Assembly (NCBI GenBank): GCA_001777575.1
Contig: MFEL01000012.1
Location: 2,027-66,026 of the forward strand
DNA from: Candidatus Doudnabacteria bacterium RIFCSPHIGHO2_01_FULL_46_24
Lineage (GTDB): Bacteria > Patescibacteriota > Doudnabacteria > UBA920 > O2-02-FULL-48-8
DNA: 64,000 nt
Reading direction: 5' to 3'
In this document: piece after piece, positions 49,388 to 58,900 of the stretch
Position numbering within the stretch: the first letter of the stretch is position 1
Layout of the letters: each line of letters opens with the position of its first letter
Position numbers and translations under genes: made by a program
Notes under the pieces: generated by a model
Told to the model about the DNA's origin: nothing
The model's database searches: none
Seen by the model: the letters and a program-made list of their open reading frames with translations, nothing else

Positions 49388-49397
49388 GATACATGAT

Positions 49398-49943
49398 TTA
49401 GTTATTGCGCAGCTTTGATTTGGAAGAAACGGTTATCGACTTGGTGGGAATGCCGGCATAACTTTCGGCGGTAGTCAGGTCCGTGGTTACGTACTTTACC
49501 AAACTGGCATCGGCATTGTCGTAAGCAAACACCAGACCGCTTATGCGCGAAGCGACTCTTTTTGTCCCGCTGCTTCTGCTGCTTGAGGCATTGGCTGTGG
49601 TTATCCGGTTAAGATTCGCACCGCTTAAGGCATAAACTACATAATCAAAAGTGGCCGGGATAATTTGGCCCGAGGCATTGATGGCGGGAAGCTTGAGAAT
49701 CAAAGTCTGACTGCCTAAAGTATAACCGCTGTAGGAAGAAGCCAAAACGTCAGCGGCCCGGACATGGGCATCAATGTCATCCAGCGCCATGCGAGCATCT
49801 CCCGTTACTCCCAGTTCCATCCGCTGGGTCTGGTAAATCTTGTCCTGTCCCAGGAACATATTGCCCACCACCAAGGCCAGCGCTCCGACCAGGAAAACCA
49901 CGATTATTAGTTCAACTAGAGTAAATCCCGCCTGCATTCTCAC
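49398..49943 (-). CDS. Minor pilin (PilW-like)
   Basis: AGFTLVELII prepilin motif. Confidence 0.85.
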   Translation of the reverse strand: MRMQAGFTLVELIIVVFLVGALALVVGNMFLGQDKIYQTQRMELGVTGDARMALDDIDAHVRAADVLASSYSGYTLGSQTLILKLPAINASGQIIPATFDYVVYALSGANLNRITTANASSSRSSGTKRVASRISGLVFAYDNADASLVKYVTTDLTTAESYAGIPTKSITVSSKSKLRNN

Positions 49944-50341
49944 GGATTAATCCCTCCGCTGCCGGCCAAAGTTTTAAGCTGGACCTGCTTGGGTGTGCTG
50001 CCTTCTGTCCAGGTCACGGTTACCGTGATTTCTTTTAGGCCGGAAAAAGCTGGATAATCAGCCGCGGCAAAACTTCCATCCCCGCTTGGAATCTGGGACA
50101 GCATGGCGTCAGAAATGCTTCCTGACGAAGGCAGCAAGCCAAATGCGGTTCCCCGCAGCTCTTCCATCTTTTTATTGGCTACATGATAAGCCAGGTTCTG
50201 GTAACGAAGCTTCTTGCTTGCCGCCATCGTATTGAGAGCGGCGGTGTAGAGGGCGAATAAAGCAATCAGCACTCCCATGCTGATGACGACTTCCATTAGC
50301 GAAAGCCCCCGCTGATACGTGTTACGTGATACTTGATACAT
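49940..50341 (-). CDS. Minor pilin (PilV-like)
   Basis: RGLSLMEVVIS, A..KMEELR and KEITVTVTW motifs. Confidence 0.85.
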   Translation of the reverse strand: MYQVSRNTYQRGLSLMEVVISMGVLIALFALYTAALNTMAASKKLRYQNLAYHVANKKMEELRGTAFGLLPSSGSISDAMLSQIPSGDGSFAAADYPAFSGLKEITVTVTWTEGSTPKQVQLKTLAGSGGINP

Positions 50342-50344
50342 GAT

Positions 50345-51559
50345 CTATCCGATATTCTGGGTTAAATTATAAATCGGGCTGACCAGGGCCACGGCCAAAA
50401 ATCCAACCACCGCGCCAATAACCATCATAATCACCGGTTCCAGAATCGAAGAAAGATTCTTCATGGTCTGATCCACTTCAGATTCGAAAAAATTGGCGAC
50501 TTCATTGAGGACCTGGTCCGTCGTGCCCGACTCCTCCCCGACTTCCATCATCTCGACCACCAAGCTGGGGAACAGCTTGGGGTATTTGCGGAAGCCGGAG
50601 GCCAAGGGGGAGCCGATTTTGACTTTGGAGGCGGAGTCGGCAATGACTTTTTGGTAATAAATGTTGCCCACGACATAAGCGGAAGTCTCCAACGCCTGCA
50701 CGATCGGCATGCCGCTTTTGATAAGCGAGGAGAGAACCCGCACAAATCGGGCTAAATTTATTTTTTTGACAATGCCGGAAAACAGCGGGACGTGGAGAAT
50801 GACTTTATGCACGACTTTCCTGCCGCTCTCGGTTTTACGCCAGTATAAGAAACCGAAAACCAAAAAAACCAGGACAAACAACACGATAACACCGTAATTG
50901 GCAAACACGTCAACCACTCGGATGACCACACGGGTCATCAGCGGCAATTCGGCGTTCAGATCCTTAAACGTGGCAGTAAGTTTGGGTAAGACAAAAGTAA
51001 ACATCAAAAATCCGACAATGCCCAGGGCGATGAGCACGACAATCGGATAAGTCAGGGCGCCGCGGGCTTTGGAGATCAAATCATAGTCGCGCTGCATTTG
51101 GTCCCCGAGATACAGCAGATTCTGCTCCAGATTTCCTCCGATTTCGCCCACGCGCACCATGGACACAAACACCGGCGAAAAGACCCGCGGATAGCGCGCC
51201 ATGGAATCCGCCAAAGTGGTCCCGCTCTCCACACAACGGGCAATTTCCGATAAAATCTTGCCGAATTTTTTATTAGCCGTCTGAGCCGCCAAAATTTTCA
51301 GGCTTCGCGCCAGCGGCAAGCCGGCTTTCATCATAACCGACAAATTCTTCAGGAACGTGATCTTGTCCAGAAGCTTAACGCGGCTGATGGATTCCAACAC
51401 CTCGCTGAAGCTTATCCTTTGCCGAACCGGGTTGATCGCGGTCGGAACCAGTCCCCGCTCGCGCAGCATCTCAGCTATGGCATGCTCGGAAAGCGCCGAC
51501 ACGACGTCGCGCTCCACGGCTCCGGTTTTATTTCTGGCTGTATAACTATAGTCTGGCAT
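50345..51559 (-). CDS. pilC: Type IV pilus platform protein (T2SS F family)
   Basis: VGEIGGNL, ALTYP, VGEESG and LEPVIM motifs. Confidence 0.93.
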   Translation of the reverse strand: MPDYSYTARNKTGAVERDVVSALSEHAIAEMLRERGLVPTAINPVRQRISFSEVLESISRVKLLDKITFLKNLSVMMKAGLPLARSLKILAAQTANKKFGKILSEIARCVESGTTLADSMARYPRVFSPVFVSMVRVGEIGGNLEQNLLYLGDQMQRDYDLISKARGALTYPIVVLIALGIVGFLMFTFVLPKLTATFKDLNAELPLMTRVVIRVVDVFANYGVIVLFVLVFLVFGFLYWRKTESGRKVVHKVILHVPLFSGIVKKINLARFVRVLSSLIKSGMPIVQALETSAYVVGNIYYQKVIADSASKVKIGSPLASGFRKYPKLFPSLVVEMMEVGEESGTTDQVLNEVANFFESEVDQTMKNLSSILEPVIMMVIGAVVGFLAVALVSPIYNLTQNIG

Positions 51560-51642
51560 AAATCTAATTATCAATTTACGAATTTACAATTGAGAATTGA
51601 TGCTTGAAAATTACTTGAATATTGAAAACTGAAAATTGACAA

Positions 51643-53388
51643 TTATTCCTTGCTCACCCTAAGTATCTCCTCGATTGTAGTTTTGCCCTGTAGGCATTTG
51701 ATAAACCCATCCTCCCACATCATAATCATGCCCTGTTCCACGGCTTTGTCCTGGATTTGCGAAGTCGGCGCATGCTTCAAAATCAAATCCTGAATTTCGG
51801 GGGTGACTTCCAAGACTTCAAAAATCCCCTTGCGCCCTTTATAGCCGGTTCCACCGCACTTGTCGCATCCCGCTCCTTTGTAAAAAGTCAGTTCAGTCAA
51901 GCTCTTGATTTTTTTCTCCACGAATCCTTCACGCTTCAAAACTTCCAGTAAGCGGTCAAGGTTGAATTCGCCCCGCAAGCCTTGCTCATCTTTTTCATCC
52001 ATTCGGTATTCCTGCTTGCAGTCCTGGCAGGCTTGCCGAGTCAGGCGCTGACCGACCACGGCGTTGATTGTCGATGCGATTAAGTAAGGCTCGACACCGA
52101 TATCCAGAAGCCTGGGCAAGGCGCCGGCGGCGTTATTGGTGTGCAGGGTCGAGAGCACGATATGTCCGGTCAGCGCCGCATGCACCGCTTCCTCAGCCGT
52201 TTCGCGATCCCGAATTTCCCCGATCATGATGACATTGGGATCCTGGCGCAAGAGGGCGCGCAATCCAATGGCAAAGGTCAACCCGATCTTGGGATTGACC
52301 TGCATTTGGTTGACCCCTTCCACGTGGTATTCAATCGGGTCTTCGATGGTCGAGATGTTCACGCCTTTGACATTGAGCATGGAAATCACGGTATACAAGG
52401 TCGTGGATTTGCCGCTGCCGGTGGGGCCGGTGACCAGCAAAGCGCCATGGGGCTTCTTGACGTTTTTCAAAATCGTGTCGTGATTGCGGTGTATAAAGCC
52501 CAGCTCCTCAAGCGTCAGGGCCCTGGCCGATTCGTCCAATAACCTCATCACGACCTTCTCGCCGTCAAAGACCGGGATGGTCGAGACGCGGAGCGAGATT
52601 TTGTAATTGTCTTTTTCGATTTTGAACCGCCCGTCTTGCGGCAATCTATGCTCGTCAATCTTGAGGTTGGTGATGACTTTGATGCGGGCAATCAGCGCCG
52701 GGTGGATGACTTTGGGCAGAGTCATGACTTCGTGCAGCACGCCGTCAATGCGGTAACGGACAATGACTTCTTTTTCCTGCGGCTCAATATGGATATCCGA
52801 AGCTTTTTCCAAAACCGCGTATTCCAAAAGCGTGTCCACCACCCGCACCACCGGGATCTCCTCAGCCATCTCCTTCAACTTCTCCGTGACATCCTCCGTC
52901 TCCTCCCCGCCCTCCCGCTCCTGCTTGGACACGATCTTGGCAAACTCCGCCTCCAGGCTGGTGTGATACTGATTCAACCCCCACTCCAATGAACTTTTGG
53001 AAATCAGGAACGGAACAATCGTGAGACTGGTCTTTTTCTTAATCCCGTCTCTGGTTTCCAAATCATCGGGATCAACCATGGCCAGCTCCAACTTATCGCC
53101 TTCTTTGCCGAAAGCGACAACCTGATGGCGATGCGCGATTGGTTCAGGCACCAAAAGCAATACTTCTTTGGCAATTGACCCGAGCTTTTTCAAATCCACA
53201 TACTGCACATCCACGAAGCTGGCGGAAATTTCCGCCAGCTTCTCATCGTCCAGGATTTTTTTGTCGACCAAAAGCTGAGGCAGAGCCACTTTTTTGGTTT
53301 TGGCTTCGCTGACCAAATCATCCCAGTCTTTCACTGCAATGATTTTTTTCGATGTCAACGCCCGTTTTAAGTCTTGCTCATCCAACAT
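51643..53388 (-). CDS. pilB: Type IV pilus assembly ATPase (GspE/PilB)
   Basis: ASDIHIEP, PQDGR, GPTGSGKSTT, LRQDP and STLHTN motifs. Confidence 0.95.
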   Translation of the reverse strand: MLDEQDLKRALTSKKIIAVKDWDDLVSEAKTKKVALPQLLVDKKILDDEKLAEISASFVDVQYVDLKKLGSIAKEVLLLVPEPIAHRHQVVAFGKEGDKLELAMVDPDDLETRDGIKKKTSLTIVPFLISKSSLEWGLNQYHTSLEAEFAKIVSKQEREGGEETEDVTEKLKEMAEEIPVVRVVDTLLEYAVLEKASDIHIEPQEKEVIVRYRIDGVLHEVMTLPKVIHPALIARIKVITNLKIDEHRLPQDGRFKIEKDNYKISLRVSTIPVFDGEKVVMRLLDESARALTLEELGFIHRNHDTILKNVKKPHGALLVTGPTGSGKSTTLYTVISMLNVKGVNISTIEDPIEYHVEGVNQMQVNPKIGLTFAIGLRALLRQDPNVIMIGEIRDRETAEEAVHAALTGHIVLSTLHTNNAAGALPRLLDIGVEPYLIASTINAVVGQRLTRQACQDCKQEYRMDEKDEQGLRGEFNLDRLLEVLKREGFVEKKIKSLTELTFYKGAGCDKCGGTGYKGRKGIFEVLEVTPEIQDLILKHAPTSQIQDKAVEQGMIMMWEDGFIKCLQGKTTIEEILRVSKE

Positions 53389-53556
53389 GGTTTTATCTTT
53401 GTTTCTATTATACCCGGTTCTAAAAACCGCTTTTATTATACCACAAAGCCCACTTTCCCTCAAAGTAGCTAAAAAGAATAAACAACGACGAAACTACCAG
53501 CCCCTGCTAAAGCCGATGTCAAAAAACCTCAAAAGACTTTTGTTACTCTCCCACTC

Positions 53557-53597
53557 TTGTTCCACAAAAAATGCGATCGCATAATATGCGGAACTGC
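53557..53597. repeat. 41-bp direct repeat, copy 1
   Basis: ttgttccacaaaaaatgcgatcgcataatatgcggaactgc. Confidence 0.9.
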
Positions 53598-53601
53598 ATT
53601 T

Positions 53602-54288
53602 CTAAAATTCCTGCAAATCATTGCCTGTGAATAAAAATCTTTTTTCCCCTAGCGGCTTAGTTTCCCTGTCGCGCATTCTAAATACTAAATAAGTCTTATC
53701 GTCTTTTATCTCACCCTCAATGCTTTCTGGTGTACCGTCAAATTCAAATTCCTTGCCAAACCAGTCTCGAAAATTCGTATAATCTGGACGATTTTCGTCA
53801 ATCGACATATAACTAAGCACTCCTTTCTCAACTTTTCCACTGCTTACGTTAACTAGTCCGAATCCTTGGCACCCCGTTCCGCAATATGTCGTGAAAAAAA
53901 TATGTTCATTGCCGAGCCATTTTGGATAGTTGATCCTGTTCCCTGAATAAATAACTTTCTCCTGATTGGTTTTTATAGTTTTCACAGCAATGATTTGTTG
54001 GTCCAGTTCTTTCTCTGAATAGTATCTTAGTTCTTGGGATCCGTCTGGTGAAACCCGATCAAATATAACTGATTGAGATATCGTTGTGGGTTCAATCGCC
54101 ATATTATCTTTAATATTATCTCTAATCCTTGCTTCTATGTAACCCGTATATTCGCTTAAAACCTCTTGCGTTCTGAATACATAATCTGCCTGCATAAAAT
54201 ATTCAACCATTACAAAAACAATGGTGACACAAATCATCAAAATTAATATTTTTTTGGTTTCGCTGCTTATCTTGAGCTTAAAGTTCAT
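53602..54288 (-). CDS. Membrane-anchored hypothetical protein (candidate immunity protein)
   Basis: Single N-terminal TM, SPDG, PKWL and CGTGC; overlaps the hydrolase stop. Confidence 0.6.
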   Translation of the reverse strand: MNFKLKISSETKKILILMICVTIVFVMVEYFMQADYVFRTQEVLSEYTGYIEARIRDNIKDNMAIEPTTISQSVIFDRVSPDGSQELRYYSEKELDQQIIAVKTIKTNQEKVIYSGNRINYPKWLGNEHIFFTTYCGTGCQGFGLVNVSSGKVEKGVLSYMSIDENRPDYTNFRDWFGKEFEFDGTPESIEGEIKDDKTYLVFRMRDRETKPLGEKRFLFTGNDLQEF

Positions 54289-55120
54289 GGAAATAAAAAG
54301 GTCCAATTTTAACTTTAAACGTAGCCTTAGTTGCCCAAAAAGGAGGACCATATCTGCTGTCACTATAGTAATGATTCGCGCCACCAGTTGGGTCCGGGTC
54401 TTCGCCTTTAATAACCAGATTTGCGACTTCATAACAACTAAGCCAGGCTTTTTTATCTATTTCATTTTCTGTATGAAATGGGTTTTCTACAAAAGGTCTA
54501 TTGGGATCAGATTGGTTGAAAGCGCTAAAATGTTCTTTCTGCAGAATTACGTCATGATAAGTTTTGCCCCATCGATGTCTCGGGTGTTCTACTCGATTTC
54601 TAATCACCCATGCAACCGCAGTCTTTGCTGCATTTAGAGCGCTCCTTGCTTCACCGAATAACGCTCTCGCCAAAATCATTTCTGGTGAATCATCGCGGAA
54701 GTTTCCAGTCCATTTCGGATTATCTACCGTCGGATCGATGTATTCTGCCTCTGCTTCCAAAAATATTTTGAATATCGCTGTTGATTTCCAAAAAACCGCT
54801 CTCCTCTCCTGGACTATAACTTGATACTCAAATTGCTGGGGGAAGGCTTTTGATATCTCAATTCTTAACGTCTGGCTAGTCTTGCCGCTATCACTGAAAA
54901 TGAAATCCTTTTCAGTAACTCTTAATTCAATAATTGCTTCAAAAATCTCCTGATCAACTGAAAAAGTCCCGATTTCTTTATCAATCTCGACAGTCGAACC
55001 CGGCTTAATTCTTTTGTCAACCGGCAATGTTCTATCGAGAACTTTAATCTCTATAAGGATATCTCGGCCAACAGACTTGCCCGTGTAAGAAACGCTTTTT
55101 AATTTTAATTTGATTTTCAT
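54278..55120 (-). CDS. Cell wall hydrolase (SleB/Hydrolase_2-like C-terminal domain)
   Basis: LARALFGEAR, AVAWVIRNRV, FSAFN, DPTGGANHY and IGPFYF motifs. Confidence 0.85.
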   Translation of the reverse strand: MKIKLKLKSVSYTGKSVGRDILIEIKVLDRTLPVDKRIKPGSTVEIDKEIGTFSVDQEIFEAIIELRVTEKDFIFSDSGKTSQTLRIEISKAFPQQFEYQVIVQERRAVFWKSTAIFKIFLEAEAEYIDPTVDNPKWTGNFRDDSPEMILARALFGEARSALNAAKTAVAWVIRNRVEHPRHRWGKTYHDVILQKEHFSAFNQSDPNRPFVENPFHTENEIDKKAWLSCYEVANLVIKGEDPDPTGGANHYYSDSRYGPPFWATKATFKVKIGPFYFHEL

Positions 55121-55195
55121 AAAGCTTAAAATTTTATTAAATATAACAATTACTCAGGTCACCGTCAATTTTTATAAATTCCTGTTGTGTTCCAG

Positions 55196-55236
55196 TTGTT
55201 CCACAAAAAATGCGATCGCATAATATATAGAACTGC
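55196..55236. repeat. 41-bp direct repeat, copy 2
   Basis: ttgttccacaaaaaatgcgatcgcataatatatagaactgc. Confidence 0.9.
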
Positions 55237-55274
55237 TTAATAACTAACCGCAACCAACTGCTCAATAAATTTAC

Positions 55275-55838
55275 TTAAATTTTACTCAAACCGAAATGCT
55301 TAAGGTATCTCCACTCTCCTTCGATCCGGTCAGCGGTTACTAAGCTGACGAAAGGGCGAATCTCGTAGACTTCCTTGAGAAATGTGACTTCATCTTCGAC
55401 TGGATATGGCCAGAGCCAGGCGCTTTTTTGCATCTGATAAAAACCCAACGCTTTTAATTTTTGACTCAAGGTGTTGCGGTTGACTCTAAATTTTTCGGGA
55501 ATGTCAAAGATAACAATTCTCCATTTCTGATCCCACCTTTTCGGCTTATTCAACACCATGTCTTCAAGCTTATATCTTATAATTTTTGCTTTTCCCTGAT
55601 CTGTGAGTTTAATCACGGTATTGCCTCTGCCATCGTTGCCTATTCCAAGAATCTTTTTGTCCTTTAAGTGGGACAAGGCTCTGGTGATCTGACGCTTAGT
55701 GTATTTTTTCTTACGGACCAATAACCCCAAAGCCAAGATCGCGTTGGGAGCAACAACGGCAACCGCGGTCAAAATCCCGAGTACTACCAAGGTTAGCAAG
55801 ATATCTTTGACTATTTGTCCCTTTTTGCCTTGTTCCAT
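55275..55838 (-). CDS. PaaX-like protein (wHTH + Cas2-like ferredoxin domain)
   Basis: LTDQG, WDQKWRIVIFDIPE and LGFYQMQKSAW motifs. Confidence 0.85.
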   Translation of the reverse strand: MEQGKKGQIVKDILLTLVVLGILTAVAVVAPNAILALGLLVRKKKYTKRQITRALSHLKDKKILGIGNDGRGNTVIKLTDQGKAKIIRYKLEDMVLNKPKRWDQKWRIVIFDIPEKFRVNRNTLSQKLKALGFYQMQKSAWLWPYPVEDEVTFLKEVYEIRPFVSLVTADRIEGEWRYLKHFGLSKI

Positions 55839-55870
55839 AAAAAATGCGATCGCATAATATGCGGGACTCC
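55830..55870. repeat. 41-bp direct repeat, copy 3, overlapping the PaaX-like start codon
   Basis: ttgttccataaaaaatgcgatcgcataatatgcgggactcc. Confidence 0.9.
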
Positions 55871-55961
55871 AGAGTTGAACTTAAAGCCTGGGGAATAATT
55901 CCAGAATTAAAATTCCAGGAACCAATTCCAACCAGGCTTAAGTATTTTACTCTTAATATTT

Positions 55962-58900
55962 CTATTCAACGTTGCCGCCTGACTCATACGGAGCCAGCGA
56001 GGCGCTGATGGCATTGGCCGCACTATAGCCTTTGGCTGACAAATCAGCGCTTGAGGCAAATTTCAATTTCTTGCCGTCCGAGACCAGGAAGTAATCCGCG
56101 CCGTCCTTGACCAGCGTGCCATCGCGGAATTTGACGATCGGCCCTTCGGCCAGAGCGGTGTCTGCGGTGTTGGCCCGCGCCACATCGCTGATCTTGAAGC
56201 CATAAGTGTTGAACACTTGCATGGATTCAAACCCGGTCTTTTGATTGCCCCGGATCCACCAGACGGTCTTGCCTTCCTTGACCAACGCGCCTTCCGGATG
56301 CGGCTCGGAAGCCGAGCCAATCGGGCTGCCGGACGGGTAGTCAGAAAGATCAATCTTCGGCACGCCGGTCATGTTATAGCCCAGACCCTTAAAGACATCG
56401 AAGGAAGTAAAGCCACGCTTCGCGCCGTTTAAGCCGATCATAAACACGGTGCGGCCGTCAGAGGCGTCTAACACCAGCGTGCCTTCCATGGCTTTGGCCA
56501 CGGCTGATTCCGAGGCCAGCGCTCTGTCCGCCGCTGTTGCCGGCACGGCCTGGCTGAACCTGTAGCCGTGCGAGAGATATTCTTTTTCGTTTCTGAACCC
56601 TAGCCGCTTGCCGTTCTTGACCAAATAGATGGTCCCGTTGTCATTTATCAGCGTGCCGTTGGGGCGGGCTCTTGTTGCAGAACCTGAACCGGAAGCAGGG
56701 CTGGTCGGAGTCACGGCCACCGTATCGCCGGTGTTGATGCCTGATCCCGGCGTTGGCTGGGAACCACCGCCTCCGCTGCTGCCGCCAGTGTTATTGTTGG
56801 TGGTTGTCGTGGTAGTTGTTCCGGAAGCCGGGACTAATGGCACAAAATCAGAAAAGTGAGAGACTGTCGCGGTTAGGACGTTGTTCGTTGTGTCCACAGT
56901 GGTCGTCAGCGTGTCATATGACTGCGTGGCGTCATTATAGACTCCAACCACCAAGGTGCTTTCCACGGTTCCTGACGGCAGGTCAGCTTCCGTGTATGGA
57001 ATCTTGATAACCACCTCGTCGTTTAAGTTTTTGATCGGACTGCCGGAAGAGTCAACCGCGGAAATCGTCACCGCATTTTTCTTGAGAATCGTGCCGGAGG
57101 ATGGGTTCGGGATGCCCGTATTGCTGGTTGTGGTTACCGTGGCCGCGTTCGAACCTGTGCCTAAGGCATTGGCCGGAATGTTGAGCTGGAAGTTGGCGCC
57201 GATGTCCGTGTTGGTCAAGAAGCCGCCGGAGGTCGGCGTAATTGTTTCCGGTTTTTCCGCCTTCACGGTAAATCCGGTAATTGCCGTCAGGGAGATATCC
57301 TGATCCGTTGGGCTATTGCTGGCAACCGTTACGGTAATCGGACCGCCCTCATAGCCTTTGCCATGAGCTGACACGCTCCATGTGCCATTGTCAACGGCCA
57401 AGGAATAAACACCCGCCGCGTTGGTTTGAGCTACGGCATAACCGCCTAACCCATCATTGGCATCCACGAACGCGTTGGACACGCCGCTGCCGCTTAACCT
57501 GACAGTTCCGGTAATGGTTCGCGCGGCTGCCGTAAGCGTGACAGTGCCTGCGGCCACCGCGGCATTAACCACGGTGATGGAGCTGGTGGCCGGCGATCGG
57601 TATCCCGGCTTATCCACGCGCAAAGTGTAAGCGCCTGGCGGCACGCTAATGGAGAAAGTCCCGTCAGAACCAGTCTGGCCCCCAAGGAAGATGCGGTTGG
57701 TGGTGCCGGTCGGCGTGCCATTCAGCGAGGCCCAGGCGCTGCTCAAGGCACTGCCCGAGGCGGTCACAGTGCCGGTGACGGCAAATAATTGGCCGGAACT
57801 GGCCGTATAACTGATGGTTCGAGTAGTATTGACCCCGGTGGTTTCTCCGATTTTGCCGTAAGCTGGGTGTCCCGCCCGCACCGTGTAGGTGCCGGGAGGC
57901 ACCGATATGACATAAGAGGAAACTCCGCCCGAGGTGGTGGAAACATTGGTGAAGTTGCCGCGGCCATTGTTGTCGCGCACGTCAATGCCGACGTTTTCCA
58001 CGCCGTTGCCGCCGCCGTTGTCAATATTGACCGTGATCGTGATCGGCGCGGCCAGCGTGCAATCTTGGTTCTCGGTTGTGGTGTTGAGCGCGACCGCCAC
58101 TCCTGTCAGGGGAGTTGATTCGCCAACACCGGGGAAGAAGCAGGTGATGGAATAAGTTCCCACAGGCACCTTGATCGTATAATTGCCCGAAGAATCAGTA
58201 ATCCCCATATTCCCGCCGTTTGACCCCTCCGCCCTGACCATCACACCTTGCTGCGCGACAGTTGCTTTAGTTGCAGTGCCGGTTATGGTTCCCAGGGACA
58301 AAGTTTGGGCTGAGAAATCCTGGCCGGTTAAGCTGCTGGAGCCCACGGTCACAGTCTTGCTTCCTAATCTGCCAAAGCCGGGGGCAAAAGCTTCCACGAC
58401 CCAAGTGCCGGCCGTGACATAAAGCGTATAAGCGCCATTGGAGTCAGTGGGACCGCCGGCAAAATTGCCGCTATCCCCGCCGATGGCCGTGGTATCAGAA
58501 GTGGAATTGACTTTGCGGCCGCCCACACCGGCGTAAGGAATGGCATTGCCGGAATCGTCTTTAATGGTGCCGGAAATCGTGAGGGAAGTGGAAGCATCAA
58601 GCACAAACGCCAAAGAAGCTGGGCTGTTAGTCCCGCTGGTTGGGACATTGACTTGCTTGTCTGATGCCGGCGGCATGCCGGGCTTGAACACGCCGCAAGT
58701 GTAAGTGCCGGCCGTGACTCTGATGGTGAAAGCGCCACTGGTATTGGTCATGCCACCCGTGCCGAAGCCGGACGCAGTTCCCGTGGTGGATGTAGCCACC
58801 GGGCGGCAGAACACGCCGGCATTGGAAATTCCGGTGCCAGTTGAATCATTCACTGTGCCGGTAATAGTTTTGTCTGTGGTTGTGAGAACGAAGTTCTGGC

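Noticed and set aside
53557-55870. CRISPR array with Cas2
   Set aside because: The repeats are 0.6-1.6 kb apart with genes between them, there are no other cas genes, and the protein is PaaX-like
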